Source of the DNA: Nitrospirales bacterium
Lineage (GTDB): Bacteria > Nitrospirota > Nitrospiria > Nitrospirales > UBA8639
Assembly: GCA_963555755.3 (NCBI GenBank)
Contig: OY820905.2
Span: 3,680,001-3,744,000 of the forward strand
Length of the DNA: 64,000 nt
Direction: 5' to 3'
The notes beneath the pieces were generated by a model, which worked only from the letters and a program-made list of their open reading frames with translations, did not search any database and was not told the DNA's origin. A program made the position numbers and the translations under genes. This document shows positions 1-10,299 of the stretch, piece by piece. Position 1 is the first letter of the stretch. The number at the start of each line of letters is the position of its first letter.

Positions 1-22
1 GTCTGTTGAGGATCTGGAAGGT

Positions 23-967
23 TTGATGAACGAATCCATGTTGTGTCCACAAGGTTCCTCAACAGGTAGATCTGCGCTGACTCAACAGTCTGGAGATGTT
101 ACCCTTCACCTTGAATCACTCGGTAGATTTCGACTCCATTGTTATTCGCAAGGTGGATTGCCTGCGCTGGCGATTCGATTTATCCCTCTCCATATTCCCT
201 TGCTCAAGAACTTAGGGCTGCCCCAAGTTCTCGGTGATCTGACGAAAAAATTTCAAGGTCTCCTGATTGTCGCGGGTCCCGCCGGGAGCGGAAAAAGCAC
301 AACCCTGGCGGCGTTTATCGATAAACTCAATTCTGAACGTCGAGCGCATATCTTGACTCTGGAACAACCCATCGAGTTTCTTCATTCAGATAAAAATGGT
401 TTCGTGTCACAGCGTGAAATTGCTGGGGATGTTCCCAATATTTCATCGGCCCTTGCGTCTGTCTCACGGGAAGATGCTGATGTGGTCATGATTGGGGACA
501 GTGGGAATCGTGAGTCAGTCGAGGCCGCGCTTACCCTCGCAGAATCCAGGAATCTTGTTTTGCTGACGATGCAAACGTCATCATGTCTGTTGGCTTTACA
601 ATGTCTGGTGCAATATTTTCCCGGTGAGGAACAACCATTCATTCGGCATCGCCTCGCCATGGTCCTCGAAGGCATGATTGCGCAAACCTTGATTCCTCGA
701 ATGAAGGCTGCAGGTCGTGTCTTGGGTCTTGAAATTCTCATGCCGACCGCAGTAATTCGTGGTTTGATTCGAGAAGACAAAATTCGGCAAATTTACTCCA
801 TCATGCAAACCGGACAAGCCAAACACGGCATGCAGACGATGAATCAAGCCCTTGTGGATCTCTATCGGCGTCGCTTAATTTCTGTTTCGGCGGCACTCGC
901 GCATTCGAATGTGCCCGATGAATTACAGCAAATGATTCATCGAACGGATGCGAGATTGCGGGGATAA
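23..967 (+). CDS. pilT: PilT/PilU-family type IV pilus ATPase (probably 5'-truncated by the window; degenerate motifs)
   Basis: Walker A GPAGSGKST, EQPIE, AIRNLIRE-like VIRGLIRE, GMQTMNQ tail; lies upstream of pilC. Confidence 0.8.
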   Translation: MMNESMLCPQGSSTGRSALTQQSGDVTLHLESLGRFRLHCYSQGGLPALAIRFIPLHIPLLKNLGLPQVLGDLTKKFQGLLIVAGPAGSGKSTTLAAFIDKLNSERRAHILTLEQPIEFLHSDKNGFVSQREIAGDVPNISSALASVSREDADVVMIGDSGNRESVEAALTLAESRNLVLLTMQTSSCLLALQCLVQYFPGEEQPFIRHRLAMVLEGMIAQTLIPRMKAAGRVLGLEILMPTAVIRGLIREDKIRQIYSIMQTGQAKHGMQTMNQALVDLYRRRLISVSAALAHSNVPDELQQMIHRTDARLRG

Positions 968-1062
968 AAAAACCGTATCTCGTGATTCGTATCTCGCATC
1001 TCGTTTTTTCTCCACGAAATACGAGATATGAGATACGAACGACCTTCTTTTCTTTAAGAAAT

Positions 1063-2274
1063 ATGCCAGTCTTCGTCTATCATGGCCAGTCCCGGCAAGG
1101 TCGGCGGCGGCGTGGAGAAATTTTCGCGACCGACCGTCAGGATGCTGCTCGTGTATTGCGAAAACAGGATATTGTTACCACTTCTATCCGTGAGAAACCT
1201 GCACCAGTTTCGTTCACCCTATTTTCTTTAAGGACCCGGCGGGTGAAGCCTCGTGAGTTGGTGGTGTTCACCCTGCAATTGGCCACATTGGTGAAAGCCG
1301 GCGTTCCGCTTCTGCAAGGTTTGACCACGTTGGCTCGGCATAGTTCTGATTCAACCTTGCGAGATATTCTCTACGATGTGGGGCAATGCGTGAAATCCGG
1401 TAATCCCTTGGGAGCGTCGTTGCGAGCGCATCCTGAAGTGTTTTCTCCCTGGTATGTGGGGATGGTTGAAGCGGGGGAGGCGATTGGGGCGCTCGATGTG
1501 ACACTGCAGCGCCTCGCCGATTCTTTAGAAAAGCGCTTGAATCTTATGCACCAAGTTCGGGCGGCACTCGTGTATCCCTTGGTGGTGTTTGTGGTGGCGC
1601 TTTCCGTGCTCACCGTCCTTGTGATGTGGGTGATCCCCATGTTTGGGCCGCTGTTCACTGATTTCGGTGATGCCTTACCATGGCCAACGGCGGTGGTGCT
1701 TCAGGCCAGTGCCTTCATAAATTCACATATCCTCTTGCTGCTGGGTCTTGGGGTGGGTGTTGGGTTGTTGCTGAAGAAAATCCTGCGTACGGATTCGGGG
1801 CAAGTCTATCGAGAATATCTGTTGCTGAAAGTGCCGTTGATGGGAACCGTGCTGTTTAAAACAGCCTTGGTGCATTTCACCCGTACGTTAAGCGGACTGT
1901 TAAGAAGCGGCGTGCCCATCTTGGAGAGTCTCTCTCTTGCAGGTCGCACCTCTGGGTTGCGTCGGCTGGAGCACGCGCTTCGTGATGCCCAGCGCAGCGT
2001 GGGCGAAGGCCATTCCCTGGCCGATCCTTTACTAGCCAGCGGCGTGTTCCCTCCGTTTGTGACGGAAATGGTGCGAGTCGGTGAATCAACCGGAGCATTG
2101 GATACAACACTGGAGAAAGTGGCGGATCTGTATGAGCAAGAAGTGAATCGGGATATTCTGTCCTTAACAGCTCTGATTGAACCGCTCATCATTGTGGTGT
2201 TAGGCATCGGCATTGGTTTTATTGTGGTGGCCATGTATCTTCCGATCTTTAACATGGCGTCGGTCGTTGGATAG
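1063..2274 (+). CDS. pilC: Type IV pilus platform protein PilC (T2SSF family)
   Basis: FTLQLATLVKAGVPL, GEAIGALD and GESTGALD, MYLPIF; start moved to ATG 1063. Confidence 0.9.
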   Translation: MPVFVYHGQSRQGRRRRGEIFATDRQDAARVLRKQDIVTTSIREKPAPVSFTLFSLRTRRVKPRELVVFTLQLATLVKAGVPLLQGLTTLARHSSDSTLRDILYDVGQCVKSGNPLGASLRAHPEVFSPWYVGMVEAGEAIGALDVTLQRLADSLEKRLNLMHQVRAALVYPLVVFVVALSVLTVLVMWVIPMFGPLFTDFGDALPWPTAVVLQASAFINSHILLLLGLGVGVGLLLKKILRTDSGQVYREYLLLKVPLMGTVLFKTALVHFTRTLSGLLRSGVPILESLSLAGRTSGLRRLEHALRDAQRSVGEGHSLADPLLASGVFPPFVTEMVRVGESTGALDTTLEKVADLYEQEVNRDILSLTALIEPLIIVVLGIGIGFIVVAMYLPIFNMASVVG

Positions 2275-2275
2275 G

Positions 2276-2655
2276 GGGAATGTTGAAAAAGCATGCCCCC
2301 GCGGAGGCGGGGGGGCGTCAGCGGCGTTCTCGGCCCTTTGTCGTGCTCACGTACTGTGAGTACGCTCCACGCGTCAAAGTGCCTGCGGCCTTGCTGAGCG
2401 CACCTTTTTGAACATCCCCTGTTGCTTTTGGCGTTTCATAAGGGTTCGCGGAAGAATAACTTCATCTGGTTGGGTGCTGAGACACCTGTCTGGCAAGGCG
2501 CGAGGACTGCGCATACTCCCCGTATGGAAAGGACGAGCAACGCCGCCAGGCGGGATGGATCGACGCCCAAACAGGGGAAGGTATTCTTCCGCGCGCCCTA
2601 AGATGAGTTGCATGTGAACGGCATTATGAAAATTTTTCAATTATTCCACGGTTCC
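2276..2655. mobile_element. MITE family C, containing a family A copy and a REP-like hairpin
   Basis: GGGAATGTTGAAAAA end, inner IR TTTTTGAACATCCCC, tail homologous to 51462-51749; flanks ATAGG/ATAGT. Confidence 0.75.
2442..2598. mobile_element. MITE family A (157 bp)
   Basis: GGGTTCGCG...GCGCCC TIRs, TAA TSD, 7 copies in window. Confidence 0.9.
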
Positions 2656-2686
2656 ATAGTCTCAAACTGGATTTATTGGGTGGTCT

Positions 2687-3616
2687 GTGACTAATAACGA
2701 ACAACAGATTCGTCTATACCCTCCGGCCAAGGTGAATCTTATTTTGCGTGTTGGAGAGCGTTTGTCCAATGGCTATCATGCTTTGTGGTCGCTCATGCAG
2801 ACGGTGGGGTTGACGGATGAATTGACCATTAGAATTGATTCGTCGTTCACGGGGATTCGGTTTGAATGTGCGGGTCTCGAATTGTCACAAGCAACTGACA
2901 ACCTCGTGTATCAAGCCGCTGACCTTGTATTGCAAGAAACCGGGTCTACTGTAGGGGTGGAAATTTCTTTGCGAAAACACATTCCTGTTGCTGCCGGTTT
3001 GGGAGGCGGAAGTAGTGATGCCGCTGCCACGATTATGGGATTAAATCGTGTGTTAGGATGTGGCTGGTCTTTGTCGGAAATGATTTCTCTCGGTCAGCGG
3101 CTCGGGAGTGATGTGCCATTTTTTTTCGCCGCTCCGACCGCGGTGATTCAGGGCGTGGGTGAACGAATTTCACCAGTCACTCTTGCCGGCGATCGTTGGA
3201 TTCTCTTGGTCAATCCTGGCTTTCCGATCCACACGAAGTTAGCCTATCAACGGTTGGATGAAGGCAGAGGTGCCGGCTTTCAATCTGACAATCACTTCCC
3301 TGATTTGAATGGAACAGCTCCTTTGTCTTGGGATGATGTGTTACCCCTCATCAAAAATGATTTCGAGGATGTGCTGTTGGACGATTATCCAGAGCTGGCT
3401 CATATCAAAACAGCTTTATTGACAGCTGGAGCAGAGGCCGCGCTCGTGTCCGGGAGTGGGGCGACCATATTTGGAATATTTTCTGATGAATCGAAGGCTC
3501 AGCACGCGAGAAGGCAGTTGGCCGATTTACCTCAATGGCGCGTGTTTGTGGTGCCGGTAAAGAGAGTCGGTCTTTTGGAGTCAGGTGAGGAGTCGGGAGT
3601 AAAGAGTGAGGAGTAG
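2687..3616 (+). CDS. ispE: 4-diphosphocytidyl-2-C-methyl-D-erythritol kinase
   Basis: PAKVNL, KHIPVAAGLGGGSSDAA, GSDVPFF, SGSG. Confidence 0.95.
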   Translation: MTNNEQQIRLYPPAKVNLILRVGERLSNGYHALWSLMQTVGLTDELTIRIDSSFTGIRFECAGLELSQATDNLVYQAADLVLQETGSTVGVEISLRKHIPVAAGLGGGSSDAAATIMGLNRVLGCGWSLSEMISLGQRLGSDVPFFFAAPTAVIQGVGERISPVTLAGDRWILLVNPGFPIHTKLAYQRLDEGRGAGFQSDNHFPDLNGTAPLSWDDVLPLIKNDFEDVLLDDYPELAHIKTALLTAGAEAALVSGSGATIFGIFSDESKAQHARRQLADLPQWRVFVVPVKRVGLLESGEESGVKSEE

Positions 3617-3785
3617 AAAGGGACTTCGTGCTTTTCCCTCTGGCTCCTCACTTTGTACTTCTGACTATTTTCTCAGGAAAAGTCATTCAGTTGACAAAAT
3701 CCGAAGGATGACCTAAATACGGGGCTCAACCGAAAAGTTTTCTTTCTTTTGTGCTTGCCATTTCAACCAATTTCTCACCCACGCT

Positions 3786-4727
3786 ATGAATCCTGAATTA
3801 AAGATTTTTTCTGGGAATGCCAATCTGGCGCTGGCTCAAGAGATTTGCGCCTACCTGGAAGTTCCATTGGCAAAGGCCACGGTGTCTACCTTTAGCGACG
3901 GGGAGACTCGGGTCAAAATCGAAGAAAATGTGCGGGGTTGCGACGTGTTTGTGATGCAATCCTGTTGTAATCCAGTGAATACCTCGGTCATGGAATTATT
4001 GATCATGCTCGATGCGCTGAAACGGTCATCAGCCTTTCGCATTACGGCAGTGATCCCGTATTTTGGCTATGGCCGGCAAGACCGGAAAGATCAACCTCGT
4101 GTGCCGATTAGTGCCAAACTGATGGCGGATTTGATTACCATTGCCGGTGCCCATCGTGTCCTGACGATGGATCTGCACGCCGGCCCCATTCAAGGATTTT
4201 TCAATATTCCAGTTGATCATTTGTATGCGCGACCGGTCCTGCTGGATTATGTCAAGAAAAGTGAATTCGGAGATTTGGTCGTGGTGTCGCCCGATGCCGG
4301 TGGTGTGGAACGAGCGCGTGGGTTCGCCAAGCGATTGGAAGCGAATTTAGCCATCATCGATAAGCGGCGCGAAGGGCCTAATCAAGCCAAGGTCATGAAC
4401 ATCATTGGGGATGTGAAAGATCGTCATGTTTTGCTCCTGGATGACATGATTGACACCGCGGGGACTATTGTCGAAACCGGCAAAGCATGCGCCGACAATG
4501 GGGCATCGAGTGTGTGGGCGGTGTGCACGCACCCGGTCCTTTCCGGTCCAGCCATTGAACGAATTGAAGAGTCCTGTCTTACGCAGGTGGTGGCTACCAA
4601 TTCCATTCCCCTTCGAGGACAAGCCCAGCAATGTCCGAAAATTCGGATCCTCTCCGTTGCGCCCCTGTTAGGGGAAGCTATTCAACGTATCCATCAAGAG
4701 CAATCCGTCACATCCTTATTTGAATAA
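3786..4727 (+). CDS. prs: Ribose-phosphate pyrophosphokinase
   Basis: [31 protein letters not shown]. Confidence 0.97.
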   Translation: MNPELKIFSGNANLALAQEICAYLEVPLAKATVSTFSDGETRVKIEENVRGCDVFVMQSCCNPVNTSVMELLIMLDALKRSSAFRITAVIPYFGYGRQDRKDQPRVPISAKLMADLITIAGAHRVLTMDLHAGPIQGFFNIPVDHLYARPVLLDYVKKSEFGDLVVVSPDAGGVERARGFAKRLEANLAIIDKRREGPNQAKVMNIIGDVKDRHVLLLDDMIDTAGTIVETGKACADNGASSVWAVCTHPVLSGPAIERIEESCLTQVVATNSIPLRGQAQQCPKIRILSVAPLLGEAIQRIHQEQSVTSLFE

Positions 4728-4865
4728 CCCCCTTTTTATTCAGTGCCCAATTCTGTAGAATACACGGGTCATGTGTCGAACCTACTGAGTTGAAACCAAA
4801 TGAGGCCTTGGGTCGTCATCCATACATTTTATGGATGAGTTCATATTTTAGCGTGAGGGGATCAT

Positions 4866-5567
4866 ATGAAGTTTGTCGCTGAAGCTACAGCACGGAAAGA
4901 AACAGGAAAAGGTGTCGCCCGCCAAATTCGCCGGGCCGGGAGAATTCCCGCCGTCATATATGGCCAAGGGGAATCACACCTGCTGGAATTGGATCCCGCC
5001 GCTGTTCGAAAAATCCTGATTACCCAAGCGGGGAGTACGGGATTAATTTCGCTCCGTATCATGGGTGGTTCGGAGGAAATCCAGAGGACGGCAATCATTC
5101 ATGATTATCAGGTCGATCCTATTACCAGTTCTTTGTTGCATGTTGATTTTCTCGAAGTTGCGATGGATAAAGTGGTTCGCGTTCAAGTCCAAGTCCATGT
5201 GACAGGCAGCGTCCCTGTTGGAGTCAAGATCGATAAAGGTGTGCTGCATCAGTCCATACGCGAATTGCACATCGAATGTCTTCCCAACGCCATCCCCGAC
5301 CAGATCGATGTTGATGCCTCGGAATTAGGCCTTGGTCAGGGGATTCACGTGCGGGAGGTGCATGCGGGTGAGGGCATAAAAATTCTCGACGATCCCAATG
5401 GTATGGTGGTGAACGTGGCTGCGCCAATTTCAGAAGAAAAATTGGCAGCGATGTTGACTGGTGAAGCCGGAGAAGCTGTTGTTGCGCAGCCAGAAGTTGT
5501 CGTGGCAGATACAGTCAAGACTGAAGCGGCTCCTGCCGATACCAAAGCCCCTGAAACGAAAAAATAA
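4866..5567 (+). CDS. rplY: 50S ribosomal protein L25/Ctc
   Basis: GRIPAVIYG, LHVDF; prs-rplY-pth synteny. Confidence 0.95.
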   Translation: MKFVAEATARKETGKGVARQIRRAGRIPAVIYGQGESHLLELDPAAVRKILITQAGSTGLISLRIMGGSEEIQRTAIIHDYQVDPITSSLLHVDFLEVAMDKVVRVQVQVHVTGSVPVGVKIDKGVLHQSIRELHIECLPNAIPDQIDVDASELGLGQGIHVREVHAGEGIKILDDPNGMVVNVAAPISEEKLAAMLTGEAGEAVVAQPEVVVADTVKTEAAPADTKAPETKK

Positions 5568-5570
5568 CCC

Positions 5571-6140
5571 TTGCATCTCATCGTTGGTCTCGGGAACCCC
5601 GGTTCCAAGTACGCCGCTACGAGGCATAACATCGGGTGGAATGTTGTTGCCCGAGCCGCTTCGCAATGGTCCATTGGTATTTCTCCCTCCTCTACAGGTT
5701 ATGCGGGACAAGGTCAGTTAGACAAAACTCCTGTTGTCTTGGCCTTGCCGTTGACATGGATGAATCTCAGCGGCGAGGTGGTAGAATCGTTGGTGAGGGA
5801 ATATGGGATTGCCAGCGATCATTTGATCGTGGTCCATGATGATGTTGATTTGCCCGTTGGCCGATTGCGAATAAAGTTTGGTGGTGGTACTGGTGGTCAT
5901 AATGGATTGCTCTCCATCATCTTGGCTTTGGATGTCGAAGGGTTTTACCGTCTGAAATTTGGGATTGGTCGACCGGAACCTAGTCAAGAAACCGCTGATT
6001 TTGTGCTGGCTCCATTTGGGGAGTCGGAACTATCGGCTATTGATACCATGATCGATCAATCGGTTGAGGCGCTTAAATGTTTGGTCGTTGATGGGGCCAC
6101 AGAGGCCATGAATCGATTTAATCCACGAGCACAGGAGTAA
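5571..6140 (+). CDS. pth: Peptidyl-tRNA hydrolase
   Basis: LIVGLGNPG, TRHNIG, GGHNGL. Confidence 0.96.
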   Translation: MHLIVGLGNPGSKYAATRHNIGWNVVARAASQWSIGISPSSTGYAGQGQLDKTPVVLALPLTWMNLSGEVVESLVREYGIASDHLIVVHDDVDLPVGRLRIKFGGGTGGHNGLLSIILALDVEGFYRLKFGIGRPEPSQETADFVLAPFGESELSAIDTMIDQSVEALKCLVVDGATEAMNRFNPRAQE

Positions 6141-6167
6141 GTGGGGACATAAAGCTCGAAATTCTAA

Positions 6168-6347
6168 GGACCTGCGAGAAAATAACTTGATCAATATCGC
6201 GCCAAGATGTGGGTCGGATTTGGACGGAACGATTGAGAAACACCCGAGGCATAGCACAGCTATGGTGAGGGTGTTTCGATTGAGGCCCGTTCAAAGATGG
6301 CCCGAAGATTGGATGCGAGATTGATCAAGTTATTTTCTCGCAGGTCC
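6168..6347. mobile_element. MITE family F (180 bp)
   Basis: GGACCTGCGAGAAAATAACTTG TIRs, TAA TSD; 4 copies. Confidence 0.9.
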
Positions 6348-6605
6348 TAAGCACCAATCTCAAACAAATTCCAAATTCGAATAACAAATTTTCCAAGCCA
6401 TCCAGTCAAATTTTTGAGATTGGAATTTTGATCATTGGGATTTTATTCGAATGTCGAATGTCGTGCTTCGGATTGTTCTTACCCTGATTGACATACCATC
6501 TTGTTTGACAGTTATTTCTGGCCTATGATAGGGTCGTTTCCCTTGTGGGAAAGCCGTTCGGTGAAGGTAGAAGTCTGGGACTTTGCTGGGAAATGAGGGT
6601 GATAC

Positions 6606-6947
6606 ATGGCGTTTTATGAGTCGATTTTCATTCTACGATCGTCGCTGTCTGATGAAGAAACTGCTGCGGTCCAGGAAAAAATGAAGGGGGCCTTGGAGAA
6701 GCATGGGGCTTCAATCATCAAAGTAGAAAATTGGGGTAAGAAGAAGTTGGCCTATGAGGTTGCTCATGATCGACGAGGAACCTATACCCTTCTTCAATTT
6801 GAAGCTGGTGGAAATGTCATCAGTGAGTTAGAGCGGATGTATCGGTTAGAAGACTCCGTGTTAAAATTTTTGACCGTCCGTGTTAAAAAAGTAGACCTCC
6901 AAGAAGCAGCCGTTGAAACTGTGGAGTCTGACAGTGGTGGGGTTTAA
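6606..6947 (+). CDS. rpsF: 30S ribosomal protein S6
   Basis: YESIFIL, WGKKKLAYEV. Confidence 0.95.
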   Translation: MAFYESIFILRSSLSDEETAAVQEKMKGALEKHGASIIKVENWGKKKLAYEVAHDRRGTYTLLQFEAGGNVISELERMYRLEDSVLKFLTVRVKKVDLQEAAVETVESDSGGV

Positions 6948-7341
6948 CAAAGTTATTCTGATCGGGAATCTGACCAGAAACCCTGAACTTCGATACACTC
7001 CGAGCGGCACGCCTGTTGCGAATTTTGGATTAGCGGTGAATCGTCGTTTTAAGCAGGCAGATGATCAAAAAGAAGAAGTGTGTTACATCGATATCGTGGT
7101 GTTTGGGAAACAAGCCGAACTTTGCGGGCAATATCTCAGTAAAGGAGACGGCGCGATTATTGATGGTCGACTTCAGCAGCGGCGATGGGAAACAGATGAT
7201 GGACAACGTCGCAGTAAGCATGAGGTCGTGGCTCAATCTGTGACGTTTCTTCCCAAACGACAGGGACAGAGTTCCGACATGGGTGGTGCAGAGGAAGAAT
7301 ACCATCCCGATCCCTCCAATGAGGGCGGAGAGGATGCGTAA
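6934..7341 (+). CDS. ssb: Single-stranded DNA-binding protein
   Basis: FNKVILIGNLTRNPELRYTPSG; GTG start after GGAG. Confidence 0.95.
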   Translation: MVGFNKVILIGNLTRNPELRYTPSGTPVANFGLAVNRRFKQADDQKEEVCYIDIVVFGKQAELCGQYLSKGDGAIIDGRLQQRRWETDDGQRRSKHEVVAQSVTFLPKRQGQSSDMGGAEEEYHPDPSNEGGEDA

Positions 7342-7343
7342 CA

Positions 7344-7407
7344 GGCTGTGAATGTTGAAAAATGGCGTCAGCCTTCGCCAAGGCTACGGCGGGCTTTTTC
7401 AACACCC
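7344..7407. mobile_element. Reduced family C remnant with a REP-like hairpin
   Basis: AATGTTGAAAAA...TTTTTCAACACCCC enclosing GCCTTCGCCAAGGCTACGGC. Confidence 0.55.
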
Positions 7408-7431
7408 CTAAAGATGGTAGGAGATTGAAAC

Positions 7432-7662
7432 GTGGAAAGAGGTAGTAGGCTTTTTCAGCGGCATCGAGTGTGTCGGTTTTGTCATGAGCAAACCCCTTTG
7501 GATTTTAAAGATGTGCCGTTATTACGAAATTTCTTGACAGAACGTGGTCGGATTATTCCAAGGCGGACCTCGGGAAATTGTATGCGGCATCAACGGAAAC
7601 TTACCCTTGCAATAAAACGCGCCAGAAGTATTGCTCTGTTGGCCTTTGCCGAGGAGCGATAA
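7432..7662 (+). CDS. rpsR: 30S ribosomal protein S18
   Basis: [20 protein letters not shown]. Confidence 0.96.
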   Translation: MERGSRLFQRHRVCRFCHEQTPLDFKDVPLLRNFLTERGRIIPRRTSGNCMRHQRKLTLAIKRARSIALLAFAEER

Positions 7663-7761
7663 ACGCTTCTGAAGGTCCGTGATGGCAGCGAGAGGGGTGC
7701 CCCTCGCTGTTCACTTCTTTAGATTGCGTGTTGGGTTGAATACGTTAAAATGGAAGTCACT

Positions 7762-7906
7762 ACTCAGGTTGCTTCCCTTTTGGCTCAGGACAAGCCGTGA
7801 GGAGCGCAGAACCGACCCCTATTGAGCCTGTCCTGAGGTCCGTGAAGGATGAGGATTCGAGTACCACAGCAACGCCGTCATGAGCCAAAAGGGAAGTGAC
7901 CTGGGT
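7762..7906. mobile_element. MITE family I
   Basis: TIR ACTCAGGTTGCTTCCCTTTTGGCTCA; homologous to 8797-9281. Confidence 0.8.
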
Positions 7907-7939
7907 GGGTACAAATGGAATAGCGAGGATACCGGCACC

Positions 7940-8509
7940 ATGGCCTCGCTGGACATCAGTCTTAATGATATTCCCTCCGATGGTCTTGACTATGCCAGTC
8001 AAGTCACTCGTATGGATTTGGATCTGAGGGAAGGCGACCCTGAGTTTCAAGGGGAACTGGAATTCACAGCCACAATTCATGCCGCAGAGCATGAAGCTTG
8101 GGTGGCGGGGGATCTTCGAGGTGTCCTGCTTCAAGAATGCGTTCGGTGCTTAGGTGTCTTTAAGAATGTCGCGAATATTCCGGTGGCGGCCTACTATCAG
8201 AGCCATGATGCCTCTGCAACAAAAGAGAAACCTAAAGGGCGAAAAGGAAAAGAGATTGAACAACAGGGTGAGGAGACTGACAGCTACCCCATTCTGAATG
8301 ATCGATTCAATGTGGCTGAGATGCTTCGGGAGCTGTTGATTTTGTCCATTCCGATTCAGCCATTGTGTCAGGAGCACTGTCAGGGGCTGTGTCAAGTGTG
8401 TGGTCAGAATCTCAACCAGCGACAATGTGGATGTGACTCCCTGATGCCTGAATCACCGTTTGCGGTTTTGCGGGACAAACTGAAATCTCCCCAAAAATCA
8501 CAACGGTAG
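7940..8509 (+). CDS. yceD: YceD/DUF177 protein
   Basis: CVRCL, LCQEHCQGLCQVCGQNLN; upstream of rpmF. Confidence 0.9.
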   Translation: MASLDISLNDIPSDGLDYASQVTRMDLDLREGDPEFQGELEFTATIHAAEHEAWVAGDLRGVLLQECVRCLGVFKNVANIPVAAYYQSHDASATKEKPKGRKGKEIEQQGEETDSYPILNDRFNVAEMLRELLILSIPIQPLCQEHCQGLCQVCGQNLNQRQCGCDSLMPESPFAVLRDKLKSPQKSQR

Positions 8510-8572
8510 TCGTCGAGGTGATTATAAAGAGTTCAGCGAAAATATAGGTGCACGACCATTTGAGGAAATTTT

Positions 8573-8755
8573 ATGGCGAATCCAAAACACAGACATTCAA
8601 AGGCGAGGCGGGATAAACGACGGACTCATATTAAACTCGTGGCCCCGAGTTTTTCAATTTGTCCTCAGTGTCATGAGCGGATGTTGCCCCATCGCACCTG
8701 CCTTTCTTGTGGTTACTACAAGAAAGTAGCCATCATTGCCGTTGCTGAGGGCTGA
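8573..8755 (+). CDS. rpmF: 50S ribosomal protein L32
   Basis: [17 protein letters not shown], CxxC...CxxC. Confidence 0.97.
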   Translation: MANPKHRHSKARRDKRRTHIKLVAPSFSICPQCHERMLPHRTCLSCGYYKKVAIIAVAEG

Positions 8756-8796
8756 GACCTTCCTTCTTCAACCCTTATAGGGTCATCCCTTACCAT

Positions 8797-9281
8797 TCAT
8801 GGTCACGACTCAGGTCACTTCCCTTTTGTCTCATGATGGCGCTGCTGTGGTGCTCGAATCGGATCATGCAGAATGTAGGGTTCTGGCAGCACAATACGAT
8901 CAGGTGCCAATAAAGTTATGGCACTCCTCGTGGGTTATGTCGCCTCTCCTTTTGAGCGAATTGCGTCGTCTTTTATTGTTAGGTAGCTGCAGCATCTCAT
9001 GCTGCCTCTTCCTGGCGTCATAGCCCCTTGGTCCGTGGGAAGAGGGCACGATACGATCGTGCAACTACACAAGAAAGAACGCTCACAGGAAGCAACGCCA
9101 TGGCCAAGAAACTCCATGGGGCCAGAATTGGATGGCGGTAGGATAGAACCATATATTCTGTATGATCCCTCGAATCCTCATCATTCGCGGACCTCGGGAC
9201 CAGGCTCAATAGGGGTCGGTTCTGCACGCCTCGCGCCTTGTCCTGAGCCAAAATTGAAGCAACCTGAGTCGTGACCATGAA
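8797..9281. mobile_element. MITE family I (inverted copy) interrupted by element J
   Basis: IR TTCATGGTCACGACTCAGGT / ACCTGAGTCGTGACCATGAA; internal homology to 7762-7906. Confidence 0.8.
8861..9168. mobile_element. Non-autonomous element J (308 bp)
   Basis: TIR GGATCAT(G/A)CAGAAT, 8-bp TSD CTCGAATC; empty site present in the 7762 copy. Confidence 0.85.
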
Positions 9282-10299
9282 AATTGCAATCGATGCGATG
9301 GGCGGGGATCATGGCCTGACTCCCGTCGTCGAAGGTGCGATTCAAGCGATCAAAGAGCTCGACATCGAGTTGGTCTTGGTGGGTCAAGAAGCCCAGATTC
9401 GAACCGAGTTAGATCGCATGAAATGGACTGACTCTCGCCTCACCGTTCAACATGCCTCCCAAACAGTGGATATGCATGAGTCGCCCGCCCAGGTCGCGAG
9501 GAAAAAACGCGATTCGTCCATTTGGGTGGCCACCAAACTGGTCAAAACGGGGCAAGCCGATGCTGTGGTCAGTGCAGGAAACACTGGAGCGACCATGGTC
9601 TCGGCCTTTTTTTTGCTTGGGGTGATCAAGGGAGTTGAGCGACCTGCCATTTGCGCTACGTTACCAACTTTGCAAGGAACAGCCGTCATGTTGGATGTGG
9701 GGGCAACCGTTGATTGCACGGCCCAGCAACTCTATCAGTTTGGAATCATGGGCCATGAATATGGCAAGCATCTGCTCGGGAAATCCACCCCTCGTGTTGG
9801 GCTGTTGAGTATTGGTGAGGAAGATACCAAGGGCAATGATATGACTAAAGGGGCCTTTCGTTTGCTTCGAGATAGCCCGCTGAACTTCATCGGAAATATT
9901 GAAGGTCGTGATGTGTATAGCGGGAATGCCGATGTCATTGTCTGTGATGGATTTCTCGGCAATGTCGCCTTGAAAATTTCTGAAGGCCTGGCTGAGGCCA
10001 TGAAAAAAATGCTCATGCGAGAAATTATGGCCTCTTGGTTGGGCCGGCTTTCGTTTCTCTTTCTCACGGGACCCCTCATGCGTTTTAAGCGCCGAACCGA
10101 TTACGCGGAATTCGGTGGTGCACCGTTGTTGGGCGTCAACGGCATTAGTATGATTTGCCATGGACGATCTTCGGCTAAGGCGATCAAAAATGCGATTGTT
10201 CGCGCAGAAGCCTTAGCCAAAGGCCGACTCATTGAACTCATTCAGCAGGATATTGCGGAGAATTTGACTGGTTCCGGTCCCAAGATGGCTGCCGAATGA
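9277..10299 (+). CDS. plsX: Phosphate acyltransferase PlsX
   Basis: IAIDAMGGDH, SAGNTGA, CDGFLGN, HGRS. Confidence 0.97.
   Translation: MKIAIDAMGGDHGLTPVVEGAIQAIKELDIELVLVGQEAQIRTELDRMKWTDSRLTVQHASQTVDMHESPAQVARKKRDSSIWVATKLVKTGQADAVVSAGNTGATMVSAFFLLGVIKGVERPAICATLPTLQGTAVMLDVGATVDCTAQQLYQFGIMGHEYGKHLLGKSTPRVGLLSIGEEDTKGNDMTKGAFRLLRDSPLNFIGNIEGRDVYSGNADVIVCDGFLGNVALKISEGLAEAMKKMLMREIMASWLGRLSFLFLTGPLMRFKRRTDYAEFGGAPLLGVNGISMICHGRSSAKAIKNAIVRAEALAKGRLIELIQQDIAENLTGSGPKMAAE

Noticed and set aside
3617..3785. tRNA-Gln often found between ispE and prs
   Set aside because: No cloverleaf or T-loop visible; only a heptamer palindrome and a possible promoter.
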